Shown one piece after another: positions 8,758 to 18,876 of a stretch of 64,000 bases of DNA (the stretch's first letter is position 1; each line of letters starts with the position of its first letter). The notes under the pieces were generated by a model. That model searched no databases. It saw only the letters and a list, made by a program, of their open reading frames with translations, and had not been told where the DNA came from. This DNA comes from an uncultured Chlamydiales bacterium (lineage in GTDB: Bacteria; Chlamydiota; Chlamydiia; Chlamydiales; JAAKFR01): positions 1,093,327 to 1,157,326 of the forward strand of contig OY969414.1 of NCBI GenBank assembly GCA_963699155.1, read 5' to 3'. Made by a program: the position numbers and the translations under genes.

Positions 8758-10446
8758 TTATTCAGTTGCTATAAGTCTTTGGAAATCAAAAGGATGTTTG
8801 ATCATTCCTTGAGAGGTTTGCCAGTCGTAGAACTCTTCGATCAGGGTTTCGTCTATCGACTGGTCTATAGCCAGTAGGGGCAATGTTAGCTTCCACGCTT
8901 CTTGCTGCCAGGAGATCGTTTTTGAGCTGCGATCGGGATTCGCTCGGGCATAGCAGTCGAAGGCCTCTTCAGGATGGTTTCGGCAGAAATCGAGGCTTTT
9001 CTGTAGCGCCCTTTGGAAAGGGAGGGCGAAGTTTTTTCGGGCATAGGGAGTTTCCTCATGAGCTAGAATGATCATCTCGTAGTAGGTGGGAATGCCAAGT
9101 TCTTGAATTTTAAATGTTTTTGTCTTTATGCCTAGTGATTCTAACTGAGCAGGTTCGATGTTCCAAAATGCTCCATAGATAAAATCGACGCTCTGGGTTC
9201 CCATAGCGGCGACCAGATCGACACTGACATTTTTCTTTTCGCTAGGGGAGATGTTTCCCTGCCCGAGCAAATAGTCGAGGAAGGTGAGCTCAGGATTGCC
9301 GATGCAGTAGCCAAAACGTCTTCCGCTGAGATCACTGGGCGCGGAGATTCCTGGCTCATCGCGATAGATCAGCCCACAGAGAGGCTCTTTGATGAGAAGG
9401 CCCACCATTTTTAAGGGAGCGCCCCGTTCACAGGCTTTCAGCGTACCTGGCAGATGGTTGATCAAGAGATCGGCGCTGGTTCCCAGCAGATAGGAGAAGC
9501 CATCTCCTCCATCATACATCTTCTGAAGGGTGAGAGAGATTCCTTCTTCTGCAAAAAAGCCTTTCTCAATGCCGACATAGAGGGGAATATGATTTGGATT
9601 CGGAAGCCAATCGAGCATCAGGCGGACGTCTCGAGCTTTTTCCTGAGAGGTACAGGAGGAACAACCAAGAACGACCAGGAGCAGAGGAATCATTTTCCAC
9701 TTACGGGGAGGAAGCGCGATCCGCTCACCATAGACGATCAAGAGATAGAGTAGAGTGCTGATCGTTGTTAAACAAAAGAGTGCGCCGAAAGTGATCTCCA
9801 GATCGGCATTGCGGCGACTTTCGAGCATCAAGATACCTAGCCCATTTTGAGCGCCAGCCCACTCCCCAGCGATGGCGCTCACACCGGCGATTGCAGCTGA
9901 GATGCGGATACCTGCAAAGAGATGAGGGAGAGCCCAAGGGAGGCGGAGTTTATAGAAGAGCTGCCATTGAGTGGCATTGTTCGCTTTAAAGAATTCGACG
10001 AGTGGGTCAGGGGTCGATCGGAGTCCCTGATAGAGGTTGAGGGTCAGAGGGAAGAAGATCATGAGAGCTGTGGGGATGACAATCGCTGATAGACTCCATC
10101 CTAACCAGACCACCATGATCGGGGCTAAGGTAAACATGGGTATGCACTGGATCACGATGAAGAGCGGCTGCAGAATGGATCTACTCTTTTTAAAGCGCAT
10201 CATCATCCATGCGAGTGGAAAGGAGACAGAGAGAGCCAGCAGAAATCCAAAGCACATCTCCTTGAGTGTCACGCAGCTATGGAACCAAAACCGATCCCGA
10301 ATTTCCCAGAGAGTACGAAAGACAGCAGAAGGAGGCGGAAGAACAAAGAGCAGTTGAGGAAAACTTCTTGCCATCCATTCCCATAGGGCTGCAACGGCAA
10401 GAAAGCAAATGAGAAAGAGAAGTAAGTGATACCGTTTTTTGACCAC
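8758..10446 (-). CDS. ABC transporter permease fused in frame to an NMT1/THI5-like (SsuA/ThiY-type) substrate-binding lipoprotein domain
   Basis: The N-terminal 251 aa form a six-helix NitT/TauT-type permease. Next comes an in-frame MIPLLLVVLGCSSC (a complete lipoprotein signal, ATG at 9693-9691), followed by a 311-aa periplasmic binding domain (LDWLPNPNHIPLYV...). Confidence 0.8.
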   Translation of the reverse strand: MVKKRYHLLLFLICFLAVAALWEWMARSFPQLLFVLPPPSAVFRTLWEIRDRFWFHSCVTLKEMCFGFLLALSVSFPLAWMMMRFKKSRSILQPLFIVIQCIPMFTLAPIMVVWLGWSLSAIVIPTALMIFFPLTLNLYQGLRSTPDPLVEFFKANNATQWQLFYKLRLPWALPHLFAGIRISAAIAGVSAIAGEWAGAQNGLGILMLESRRNADLEITFGALFCLTTISTLLYLLIVYGERIALPPRKWKMIPLLLVVLGCSSCTSQEKARDVRLMLDWLPNPNHIPLYVGIEKGFFAEEGISLTLQKMYDGGDGFSYLLGTSADLLINHLPGTLKACERGAPLKMVGLLIKEPLCGLIYRDEPGISAPSDLSGRRFGYCIGNPELTFLDYLLGQGNISPSEKKNVSVDLVAAMGTQSVDFIYGAFWNIEPAQLESLGIKTKTFKIQELGIPTYYEMIILAHEETPYARKNFALPFQRALQKSLDFCRNHPEEAFDCYARANPDRSSKTISWQQEAWKLTLPLLAIDQSIDETLIEEFYDWQTSQGMIKHPFDFQRLIATE

Positions 10447-10523
10447 GGCGAAAGTTTAATTGCGCTTCTATGGATGGTCAAGAGAAAATAGAGTTAAATA
10501 AAGTTTTTAATTAACATTGAATT

Positions 10524-11915
10524 ATGGCCTACCGCATCGAGAAAGATAGTTTGGGAGAGATCAGCGTACCAGCTGATGCTTATTATGGCGCACAGACGGC
10601 TCGCTCGCTCATCTACTTCAATATTGGTGGGGATCGGATGCCGGAAGCGGTGATCCGTGCTTATGGATTGATCAAAAAGTGTGCCGCGGAAACTAACTAT
10701 GAGCTGGGACTTTTGTCGGAAGAGAAGAAGAATTGGATTGTGGTAGCGGCTCAGGAGGTCATGGAGGGAAAGCTGGACAAACACTTTCCTCTCAAAATCT
10801 GGCAGACGGGTAGCGGGACCCAGACCAATATGAATGTGAATGAGGTGATCGCCAATCGGGCGATCGAAATGGCCGGCGGTGTACTGGGGAGTAAAAAGCC
10901 GGTCCATCCCAATGACGATGTCAACCTCTCTCAATCCTCAAACGACACCTTTCCGACGGCGATGCATATCGCCGCCGTGCAAGCGCTCTTCCATGAACTA
11001 CTGCCACAGGTGCGCACTTTGCGAAAAGAGTTGTCCCATAAATGCATCCAATTCCAAAAAATTGTCAAAATTGGGCGCACCCATCTGATGGATGCAGTAC
11101 CCATCACTTTGGGACAGGAGTTTTCAGGTTATGTCGATCAACTGACACAAGATATTGCTCGGCTGGAATCTGCTCTGCCCGATCTCTTTTCGCTTGCCAT
11201 CGGCGGAACTGCTGTAGGGACTGGTCTCAACTGTCCTCCCCATTTTTCTGAAAAAGTGGTTGAGAAGATAGCCAAAGCGACCAATCTTCCTTTTGTTTCT
11301 GCCAAAAACAAGTTTTCTGCACTTGCATCACATGATGCTCTGGTGGGCGCTCATGGAGCCATCCGGACACTGGTCTGCTCCCTCATTAAGATCGCCACCG
11401 ACCTCACCTTGATGGGATCGGGCCCACGCTGCGGCCTAGGAGAGATCCTCTTTCCCGAAAATGAACCTGGCTCCTCCATCATGCCCGGTAAAGTCAACCC
11501 CACCCAGTGTGAAGCACTGACGATGGTCTGTGTCCACGTCCTAGGAAACGATCAGGCCATCGCCATCGCCTGTACGCGCGGCAACTTTGAGCTCAACGTC
11601 TTCAAGCCGATGATCATCGCCGACTTTCTCGACTCCTGTGATCTGCTCACCGACGCTCTCGCCTCCTTCACCTCCTACTTCATCGTCGGCCTCCAGGCTA
11701 ACGAAAAAAGGATCCGCAGCCATGTCGACCGCTCCCTCATGCTCGTCACAGCGCTCACCCCGATCATCGGCTACGACAAAGCAGCCCAAGCAGCTCTCAA
11801 AGCCTTCCACGAAGAGCTCACCCTCAAGCAAGCCTGTCTCGCCCTCGGCTTCCTCTCCGAAGAAGAGTTTGACAAAGTGATCCAGCCTGAGAAAATGATA
11901 GGGCCCTACGATTAG
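10524..11915 (+). CDS. fumC: fumarate hydratase class II
   Basis: 463 aa with the [15 protein letters not shown] signature and full-length similarity to FumC. Confidence 0.95.
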   Translation: MAYRIEKDSLGEISVPADAYYGAQTARSLIYFNIGGDRMPEAVIRAYGLIKKCAAETNYELGLLSEEKKNWIVVAAQEVMEGKLDKHFPLKIWQTGSGTQTNMNVNEVIANRAIEMAGGVLGSKKPVHPNDDVNLSQSSNDTFPTAMHIAAVQALFHELLPQVRTLRKELSHKCIQFQKIVKIGRTHLMDAVPITLGQEFSGYVDQLTQDIARLESALPDLFSLAIGGTAVGTGLNCPPHFSEKVVEKIAKATNLPFVSAKNKFSALASHDALVGAHGAIRTLVCSLIKIATDLTLMGSGPRCGLGEILFPENEPGSSIMPGKVNPTQCEALTMVCVHVLGNDQAIAIACTRGNFELNVFKPMIIADFLDSCDLLTDALASFTSYFIVGLQANEKRIRSHVDRSLMLVTALTPIIGYDKAAQAALKAFHEELTLKQACLALGFLSEEEFDKVIQPEKMIGPYD

Positions 11916-13924
11916 CCCTTCGTGCGGAAAACGATGGTGGCTCCTGTCGCTTTCTTTTTGGCGCCCAGACGGAGCCAACTGAGGATATTCCAAATCGAAC
12001 TGATAGAAGCAAGGAGTGTTAAGCCGAAATAGCCAGAAACCCTTGTAGAAAAGGGCTTTCTCTGGCCAAAAGCTTTTTTGATATTTTTTTTGTAAGCTCC
12101 AGTGAGCTTTCTTCGAGGAATGCTAAAATAGTGCTTGATTGATTCACAATTTATTTGGAAATTCTTCAACTCGGCCGCACAGATGGCTGCCATCTGTTGG
12201 ACATATTCCTTAGGATAGGCCTTACGATGCTTGAGATAGACTGAAATGTGGGATCCCGCTTGAAGTACATTTCCACATCTCCTTAAAAGGGCAGCCAATT
12301 GGCGAAATAGACCATCTGTTTGCCAAACTAGAAGGTACTTTTGATTCTGGAGGATTTTCTCTAATTCATTAGAATCTTTTTTCATGAGAAAAGCATAAAA
12401 ATAATAGGAACAGCGATTGGGAAATTCTTTTTCGAGCCATTGATAGAGATTCGGAATTGTCTCAAAGGCAATCACAGCACACTTCTCAAATTTTTTCATA
12501 TGACGTTTAATATCTCTTCGAATCAGAAAATCTTCGAACCAATGGAGATGCCAAAAGTAACTTCCAGGTGATTGACCGACTATTTTTCTCTGTAGGTTCG
12601 CCTTTGTTCTTTTTTTATCTTTCAATGAAGAGTATTTTTTAGAAATATTGAGTATGAGACGGTCATCCGCGGCATTTCCTAAAATGTGAGAGAAGGTCGG
12701 AGAGCCTAAAATCCCAGCAATAGTCCCGCTTCTGGAAAAGCGTTCAAATTTTTGAAGGATGAAAATTTGATAGAGAATATCCTCCACACAGGCCTTCCAG
12801 TAGGGATGTTGACGAATGGACTGAGGAGCGATCGATAGGTGCGATTCTATTTGTTGGATGTAGGTGGCACTCTCTTGGAGAATCGCCATCGGTGATTCTT
12901 TAAGGGGGACTGAATGATAAATCACGGGGATATGGGCATTCGCTCGGTGGACACTGGTTGTCCATTTTGAAAGATGTACAGCTAACGCAGGAATTTCATA
13001 AGGCCCTGTAGCAATCATGGATTGTTCATAATCGTAGGGTGCCATCTCGATCAGGCAGTAGATATCAGAATCTTGAATATGGGCAATGTTGCCTGAGGGA
13101 CACATTTCGGGGATGAATGAGTAATCACAAGCAGCGCCGATCTGGTAGTGATCGATTTCTGGCTTAATGCAGAGCATATGTCTCAAATAAAATCTCCCCA
13201 CCATTACCTGATCGTTCACTCTCCAAAAGAGACGGTTGGCATGGAGCGCATGTGTAAGACCGTGAGTAACAGTATGAGCTTGGCTGACAGGATGCATGTA
13301 AGGAAAACCCAGGGCTAACATTTCTCGAGGCTCTAGAGACAAAATGCCCTTTGGATCTGCAGCGATTTTTTTTTCCAATAAAGGAGCAACAGACTCTTCA
13401 ATGACCAGGAAATTTCCTGCTGTGATCCCACTATAGCCTTCTTTTAAATATTTCTTCAGATTATGAAGGGATCCATTGGCCATGATGTAGTCAGAAACCA
13501 AGAAGAAGAAGTAGGTCTCGCATATCTTGTCACCTCTGCTGCGCATGCCGCGCTCATAAGCAAGTGTCAGCGTCGCAGAGTAACTCCCTTCAAAGATGAG
13601 ATCGGAGATGTCGATAAATTTAATCCTGCAGTGCGAGTCTAACTGCTGATAGCAGGTTTGACTTTTGAAGAAATCGACGTCACTATCTCTGGTTAAGAAC
13701 AAAAAGGTGCACTCATACTCTTCACTCATCGCGGGAATATTGCCTGGTGCTAAAAGGCTGCGCAAACTAAAATCGAAGAAATTTTTAATGTAAGATTCTC
13801 CCCAGAGAGCTAGGAGAAAGACGACGGGCCTATCTTCTTTTTTGGCTTGCGAGTTCATAACTGAGTATCTTGTCCGATGACGGAAGAACTTGCAACAGAA
13901 AGTTTTTGCTTGTGATCTGTTCAC
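11912..13924 (-). CDS. hypothetical 670-aa protein with C-terminal membrane anchor (possible novel glycan-assembly enzyme)
   Basis: Long clean ORF, divergent from the ABC exporter gene, with a C-terminal hydrophobic segment ([20 protein letters not shown]). I recognise no family motif. Confidence 0.5.
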   Translation of the reverse strand: MNRSQAKTFCCKFFRHRTRYSVMNSQAKKEDRPVVFLLALWGESYIKNFFDFSLRSLLAPGNIPAMSEEYECTFLFLTRDSDVDFFKSQTCYQQLDSHCRIKFIDISDLIFEGSYSATLTLAYERGMRSRGDKICETYFFFLVSDYIMANGSLHNLKKYLKEGYSGITAGNFLVIEESVAPLLEKKIAADPKGILSLEPREMLALGFPYMHPVSQAHTVTHGLTHALHANRLFWRVNDQVMVGRFYLRHMLCIKPEIDHYQIGAACDYSFIPEMCPSGNIAHIQDSDIYCLIEMAPYDYEQSMIATGPYEIPALAVHLSKWTTSVHRANAHIPVIYHSVPLKESPMAILQESATYIQQIESHLSIAPQSIRQHPYWKACVEDILYQIFILQKFERFSRSGTIAGILGSPTFSHILGNAADDRLILNISKKYSSLKDKKRTKANLQRKIVGQSPGSYFWHLHWFEDFLIRRDIKRHMKKFEKCAVIAFETIPNLYQWLEKEFPNRCSYYFYAFLMKKDSNELEKILQNQKYLLVWQTDGLFRQLAALLRRCGNVLQAGSHISVYLKHRKAYPKEYVQQMAAICAAELKNFQINCESIKHYFSIPRRKLTGAYKKNIKKAFGQRKPFSTRVSGYFGLTLLASISSIWNILSWLRLGAKKKATGATIVFRTKG

Positions 13925-13946
13925 TTTTCAGCAATAAATTATCGCT

Positions 13947-15896
13947 ATGAAATACCTGATACGCGCCGCGATTCAAAATCGCAAACACTACGTTCTCTTA
14001 ATTTTCACTCTCATTGCCATGTTTTTGATGACTCTGTCGTCACAGGTGGAAATCTTGGCGATCGGTGTCATTGCCAGAACAGGTCCTGACTTTTTTGCCC
14101 TCTTTGGAGATAAGAAGGAGGGGAAACACCAAGCCCCAGATCAAGTCAGGAAGGAGGTTGTAGATGAAAAATGGACAGAGATCTCCAATAATAACATCAT
14201 CACCAAAGAGCAGGTCAATAATTATCTTCGCGCAGGAAAAAATCGGGGGCTCGTCAACCAGATCAATACTTTTCTTGACCGCCATTTTAACATGGCAAAA
14301 AACTTGAAAGGTTTGGCAATTGTTGTCGTCTGTGTAGCTTTTTTCAAGGCCTTCGCCCTCTTTTTCTATCGTTATTTCACGCAGGTGGTCTCGATCCGTG
14401 TCAGCCGAGACCTCAGACAGCGCTGTTTCGAGCATATCCAAACCCTCTCGATGAATTTTTACCATAATTATGAGATGTCCCAGATCACGAGCCGTGTGAC
14501 CGGTGATGCGGGAACAGTGGCTTCATCGATTAACTCCCTTCTGATCAACTACCTCCAAACCCCCTTCGCTATCCTCTCCACTTTCATAGCGCTGTTGCTC
14601 ATTTCGTGGCAATTGACCCTCGTCGTCTTTTTAGGTGTACCTCTCATCATCGTCCCTGTCGTCTTCATCACGCGAAAAGTGAAGCAGATTGCCGAAAGTA
14701 TGGCGACCAACAATGAGCGGTGCATCCGTGTGCTCACCGAGTGCATCTTAGGGATCTTTACGGTGAAAACTTTTGCGATGGAGAGCTTCTCTCTTAAGAA
14801 ATTTAGCGAGAACAATGCGCTCGTTGCAAAGCTGGAGGAGAAAAGCGCCCGATATGGGTTATCCTCAAGGCCGATTCTTCACATGATCTCTTCTATCTTT
14901 TTTGCGACGGTCATTTTGGCAGGGATCTACCTCTTCGACGTCACAGCAGAAGCACTCTTCGTCTATTGTGGGCTACTTTATGTTTTTTATGAACCGGTGA
15001 AAAAATTTGCAGAAGAAAATATCTCGATTCAACGCGGCGTAGTCGCTGCTGAGCGGATGTTTGCTCTTTTGGCAGAAAAGCCGACGGTCGTCGATCACGA
15101 AAACGCCGAGACACTGACAGAGTTCCACAAAGAGATCGAATTCAAAAATGTCTCCTTCCGCTACAAGGATCAGCCCGTTTTGCGCAATCTCTCTTTCAAA
15201 GTCCCAAAAGGGCAGATTGTCGCCATCGTAGGGCCGACCGGTGCAGGTAAATCGACTATTGTCTCACTTCTACCCCGCCTCTACGATATTCAGGAGGGCG
15301 AAATCTTGATTGACGGCAAGCCCCATACTAGCTTCACTCAGCAGTCGCTGCGTCGTAATATCGCCTTTGTACCTCAGAAGCCCTTCCTCTTTCTCGACAG
15401 TATCCGAGAGAATATCACCATCGGTCGCCCCTATTCTGATGAAGAGGTCCATGCGGCAGCACGCAACGCACATGCCGAAGAGTTCATCGTGCGCATGCCT
15501 GGCGAATATAAATCTGTCCTTCAAGAATTGGGAAAAAACCTCTCAGGAGGCCAACAGCAGAGGTTAGCCATCGCTCGCGCCCTCGTCACCAAAGCCCCCA
15601 TCCTCGTCATGGATGAAGCGACCTCTTCCCTCGATGCAATCAGTGAGGAGAAAATCCGCGATGCCATTCTCGAGATGCGGGGCAAATTGACTCAAATTAT
15701 CATTGCACACCGCTTCTCCACCATTGAGCATGCCGATAAAATTATCTATCTCGATCATGGGCGCAAAGTGGCTGAAGGTTCTAAAGAAGAACTCTTGGCC
15801 AAATGTCCCGAATTCCGCCAGATGTGGGAACTCATGCATCTCAATGCAGAAGCTCTTGAAGAAGAGGAAGAAGAGGAGTTCGCTGTTATCAGTTAG
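13947..15896 (+). CDS. MsbA-like ABC exporter (fused TMD-NBD)
   Basis: 649 aa. Six-helix exporter TMD, then Walker A GPTGAGKST, signature LSGGQQQRLAIARAL and Walker B ILVMDEATS. There is an unusual insertion of about 70 aa after TM1. Confidence 0.85.
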   Translation: MKYLIRAAIQNRKHYVLLIFTLIAMFLMTLSSQVEILAIGVIARTGPDFFALFGDKKEGKHQAPDQVRKEVVDEKWTEISNNNIITKEQVNNYLRAGKNRGLVNQINTFLDRHFNMAKNLKGLAIVVVCVAFFKAFALFFYRYFTQVVSIRVSRDLRQRCFEHIQTLSMNFYHNYEMSQITSRVTGDAGTVASSINSLLINYLQTPFAILSTFIALLLISWQLTLVVFLGVPLIIVPVVFITRKVKQIAESMATNNERCIRVLTECILGIFTVKTFAMESFSLKKFSENNALVAKLEEKSARYGLSSRPILHMISSIFFATVILAGIYLFDVTAEALFVYCGLLYVFYEPVKKFAEENISIQRGVVAAERMFALLAEKPTVVDHENAETLTEFHKEIEFKNVSFRYKDQPVLRNLSFKVPKGQIVAIVGPTGAGKSTIVSLLPRLYDIQEGEILIDGKPHTSFTQQSLRRNIAFVPQKPFLFLDSIRENITIGRPYSDEEVHAAARNAHAEEFIVRMPGEYKSVLQELGKNLSGGQQQRLAIARALVTKAPILVMDEATSSLDAISEEKIRDAILEMRGKLTQIIIAHRFSTIEHADKIIYLDHGRKVAEGSKEELLAKCPEFRQMWELMHLNAEALEEEEEEEFAVIS

Positions 15897-15912
15897 CAAC
15901 TAAGGTTTTTCT

Positions 15913-16671
15913 ATGCGTAAAGAATTTGAAGAAAATGGATTTGTCACCACCCCATTCCCTGCAAGCATCCGGCAAGCGATGCTCACCTACATCCATGATT
16001 ATATCCACTCCATTAGCAAATCCCCGAGCAAGACATTAGAAGAGGCGTGCCAGACTATTCCTGACGAAGAGTGGTCCCACAAGATGAGCCGCTGCTTCCG
16101 CATCTTCCCCAAACCTCTCGCCGATCAAGCTCTGAACTGGGCCCACACCACGCTCTCAAAGCCCTTCGGCACCACCCAATCAGCTGTTAACGTCGTCCTC
16201 TCCCAAGAAGTCAAAGATAACCCCAAAATCACCGAAAACCATCTTGCCATCTACTGGCGCTGCGTCCGCCCCGGCAAGCCCGATGCGGGCCGTCCCCACC
16301 GAGATGCGTGCTTCTGGGACCTCGAATTCGGCGAAGGCTACAATCCCCGCATCCCTTTTCCCTTCAACTACCTCAAGAACTGCAAAAAGATCTGGATCCC
16401 TCTCTCAGGTTGCTATCCCGAAACTACCCTCCGTGTCATCCCCAAATCGCATATCATGAACATCCCCACTACCGTCGAACAAACCGAGTATGGCCGCCGC
16501 CCCAGCATCTCCTCCCAATGGCTCCAAGAGCACCAGAAGGAGTTCATATCTCCTCCTGAGCTCTCCACCGGCTCCTGCATCATCTTCGACATGAACACAG
16601 TCCATGCCGGCCCCGCCCACAACAAACCAAGCTTGCGCATCTCCGCCGAGCTTAACTTTATTACGCAGTAG
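15913..16671 (+). CDS. PhyH-like Fe(II)/2-oxoglutarate dioxygenase (tentative)
   Basis: 252 aa with a candidate HxD...H facial triad (GRPHRDACFWD ... NTVHAGP). The gene starts 17 nt after the ABC exporter stop. Confidence 0.45.
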   Translation: MRKEFEENGFVTTPFPASIRQAMLTYIHDYIHSISKSPSKTLEEACQTIPDEEWSHKMSRCFRIFPKPLADQALNWAHTTLSKPFGTTQSAVNVVLSQEVKDNPKITENHLAIYWRCVRPGKPDAGRPHRDACFWDLEFGEGYNPRIPFPFNYLKNCKKIWIPLSGCYPETTLRVIPKSHIMNIPTTVEQTEYGRRPSISSQWLQEHQKEFISPPELSTGSCIIFDMNTVHAGPAHNKPSLRISAELNFITQ

Positions 16672-16715
16672 GAAACTGATCAATTTGCAAAAAAAAAGGT
16701 GACCAAAAGGAACCG

Positions 16716-18749
16716 ATGAACTTAGCGAGTAGATTCCAATTTGTATTTCATAAGTTAGCTAGCCCCATTTTTTTTCTCATCACGATAGCGCTTGTTTTCT
16801 CGATCTATACTTATGGTAGGCAACTGCGTTTTCATGAAGTGATTCCCGAGGCTATTCTAGATCATAGTTGGTCAATTGCTACAGCCATTTCAGATAGTTA
16901 TCATCATTTAAACCAAGGTTACCTGTTCTATATAGATGTTCATGAAACACTAGAAAAAAATGGGATCACCTATAAACCCTTCTACCTGGATGAGCTTGGT
17001 GAACATTATCCAGATAATTTAACAAAACCTGCATTACTCAATGATGCACTCGATAAAGCGGCTCATTTGAAAGTGAAGAAAAGGAGAAGCAATCTTTCAG
17101 CTGGTGATACTATGCCCATTCCTTATTCGGATCTTGGTTTGGTTGATTATTATAAACTGGCATTTCGGATATTTAATATTAATGTTTCTGCGCCATATAA
17201 TCTTTATTTCTTGATATTGTCTATTACCCTTTTTTGTTACTTTCTCGCCTTTTTTCGCTCCCCAATTCTACTTGTTCTACCAATTGTTTATTTGACTACC
17301 TTAATTTGCTTTATGCCAATCTTGACAACAAATTTGAACGGTGGCTCTCTTTTTAACTTCCGCCACCTTCCCGTATTAGCGTTTATACCCTTCTCACATG
17401 TTCTATTGATGATCGGAAGAACTCTTCTTACAAAACGCGATCTCATTTGTCTGAGCATCCAATCTCTCACGATTAGCTTTCTTATTTCTGCTCGAAGCTC
17501 TACGAGTTGGACAATTTTTGCTAGTTTAATTGTGCTGCTATTTTCAGCTATTAGTTTTATTAAAAATAGGGGCTTTAAAGAGTTGTTCAATCAATACCGT
17601 AGCTTTCTATTTGTCGTTGGGTTTATATTAGGAGTCTATCTGTTTATTTCCTCCTATAAAGTCATAGCATTTTTCTCGCTTTTTGGAATACCTACATTTA
17701 AACATTATTCATTAACGCTCACTTCTGTTGTCACTTCTGGTTTGATTTTTGCTCTAGGTTTAATCAGTCTGATCTGGATAGTTAAACGGTCAAATAAACA
17801 GAAAAATTCACTTGTGAATTTATTACTTTTGTTAACGTTAACGGTGACTCTTATCATAATCCAACTTTTGTATAAGAGTAATTTAGTTCTACCCAGCGAG
17901 GGAATGCTCTTTTTTTATTTTGTAAATGGTCTATTAGCAATTTCAGTCATCTATTTGATCTATATCGTCTTCGTACATTCCATGACTCTCTTTAATCTTA
18001 CTTTCCATTCAATCTTTGAGAGTCTGGTCTCCCTCAAGTATAGCTCTCCGATGATTCTTCTAATTATATTTCTCACTTATAAAACTGCTTTTTTAAGCCA
18101 ACTTCATCCCATTTATAAGTCCCAAGAAGTGGTCCCCTCTCACTTACGCTATCATAACGCCTATATGTGGCTAATTTATTCACCTCTTTTTGTAGAGAAG
18201 TTTAATATAAATCTGAATGAATTCAATGGGGATCGCTTTTCTTTTGAGAAGGGGGAGGAAGATTTTCTTAAGAAAAATCCATCAGCGACTTCTGGGGATT
18301 TTATATGTCGATATACTCAAGCTTATAAGGGGGGAGTGCATGATAAAATCATGCGGGAGGCCTTTTTCAACTTTATAATCAACCATCCTTTGATCTTTTT
18401 GGATGCGCAGTGGCATAAGATCGTTTGCGACGCTAATCTGATTATCGATTTTATTAAAAAGCATATGAAGATTTTGATTTGGCTGTTTTGCCTATGTTTT
18501 ACATTTATTGCTTTGATGCAAAACTATGATAATGAAATCAAATGGAAAAGAATATTTTTTGTATTTGCACTTATGATTTTTTGTTCTTCTTTGCCCTATA
18601 TATATGCCAATCCTACCCCCTTATATGGAGATCACATCATTCTCTCTACGACCTGTTTGGTAGTGGCATTAGCTTTATTCGGTGCTCGATGCCTCAATTT
18701 TTCAATAAAAGTTGTTAGTGGGATGGTAGAGCGGTATCGTCGCGTCTAA
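16716..18749 (+). CDS. large polytopic membrane protein, paralog 1 (function unknown; GT-C-like candidate)
   Basis: 677 aa with more than 12 hydrophobic segments. Clearly paralogous to 18877-20835 (shared blocks RFHEVIPEAILDHSWSIATAISD, LHPIYKS, GDRFSF.KGEEDFLKKNPSATS). Confidence 0.7.
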   Translation: MNLASRFQFVFHKLASPIFFLITIALVFSIYTYGRQLRFHEVIPEAILDHSWSIATAISDSYHHLNQGYLFYIDVHETLEKNGITYKPFYLDELGEHYPDNLTKPALLNDALDKAAHLKVKKRRSNLSAGDTMPIPYSDLGLVDYYKLAFRIFNINVSAPYNLYFLILSITLFCYFLAFFRSPILLVLPIVYLTTLICFMPILTTNLNGGSLFNFRHLPVLAFIPFSHVLLMIGRTLLTKRDLICLSIQSLTISFLISARSSTSWTIFASLIVLLFSAISFIKNRGFKELFNQYRSFLFVVGFILGVYLFISSYKVIAFFSLFGIPTFKHYSLTLTSVVTSGLIFALGLISLIWIVKRSNKQKNSLVNLLLLLTLTVTLIIIQLLYKSNLVLPSEGMLFFYFVNGLLAISVIYLIYIVFVHSMTLFNLTFHSIFESLVSLKYSSPMILLIIFLTYKTAFLSQLHPIYKSQEVVPSHLRYHNAYMWLIYSPLFVEKFNINLNEFNGDRFSFEKGEEDFLKKNPSATSGDFICRYTQAYKGGVHDKIMREAFFNFIINHPLIFLDAQWHKIVCDANLIIDFIKKHMKILIWLFCLCFTFIALMQNYDNEIKWKRIFFVFALMIFCSSLPYIYANPTPLYGDHIILSTTCLVVALALFGARCLNFSIKVVSGMVERYRRV

Positions 18750-18876
18750 AATATCTACCTCATTACTCAAATGGGGGATTCAAATCAGAAGGAGAGTTGT
18801 CAACTCATCAAGCCGCTTCCATTTATTACTTTATAAGTTAGCAAGCCCAATTTTTTGCCTGACGACGCTTGTACTT

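Noticed and set aside
10494..10934. A 146-aa minus-strand ORF spanning the fumC start region.
   Set aside because: It is antisense to the well-supported fumC 5' end and its promoter region, and it has no motif of its own.
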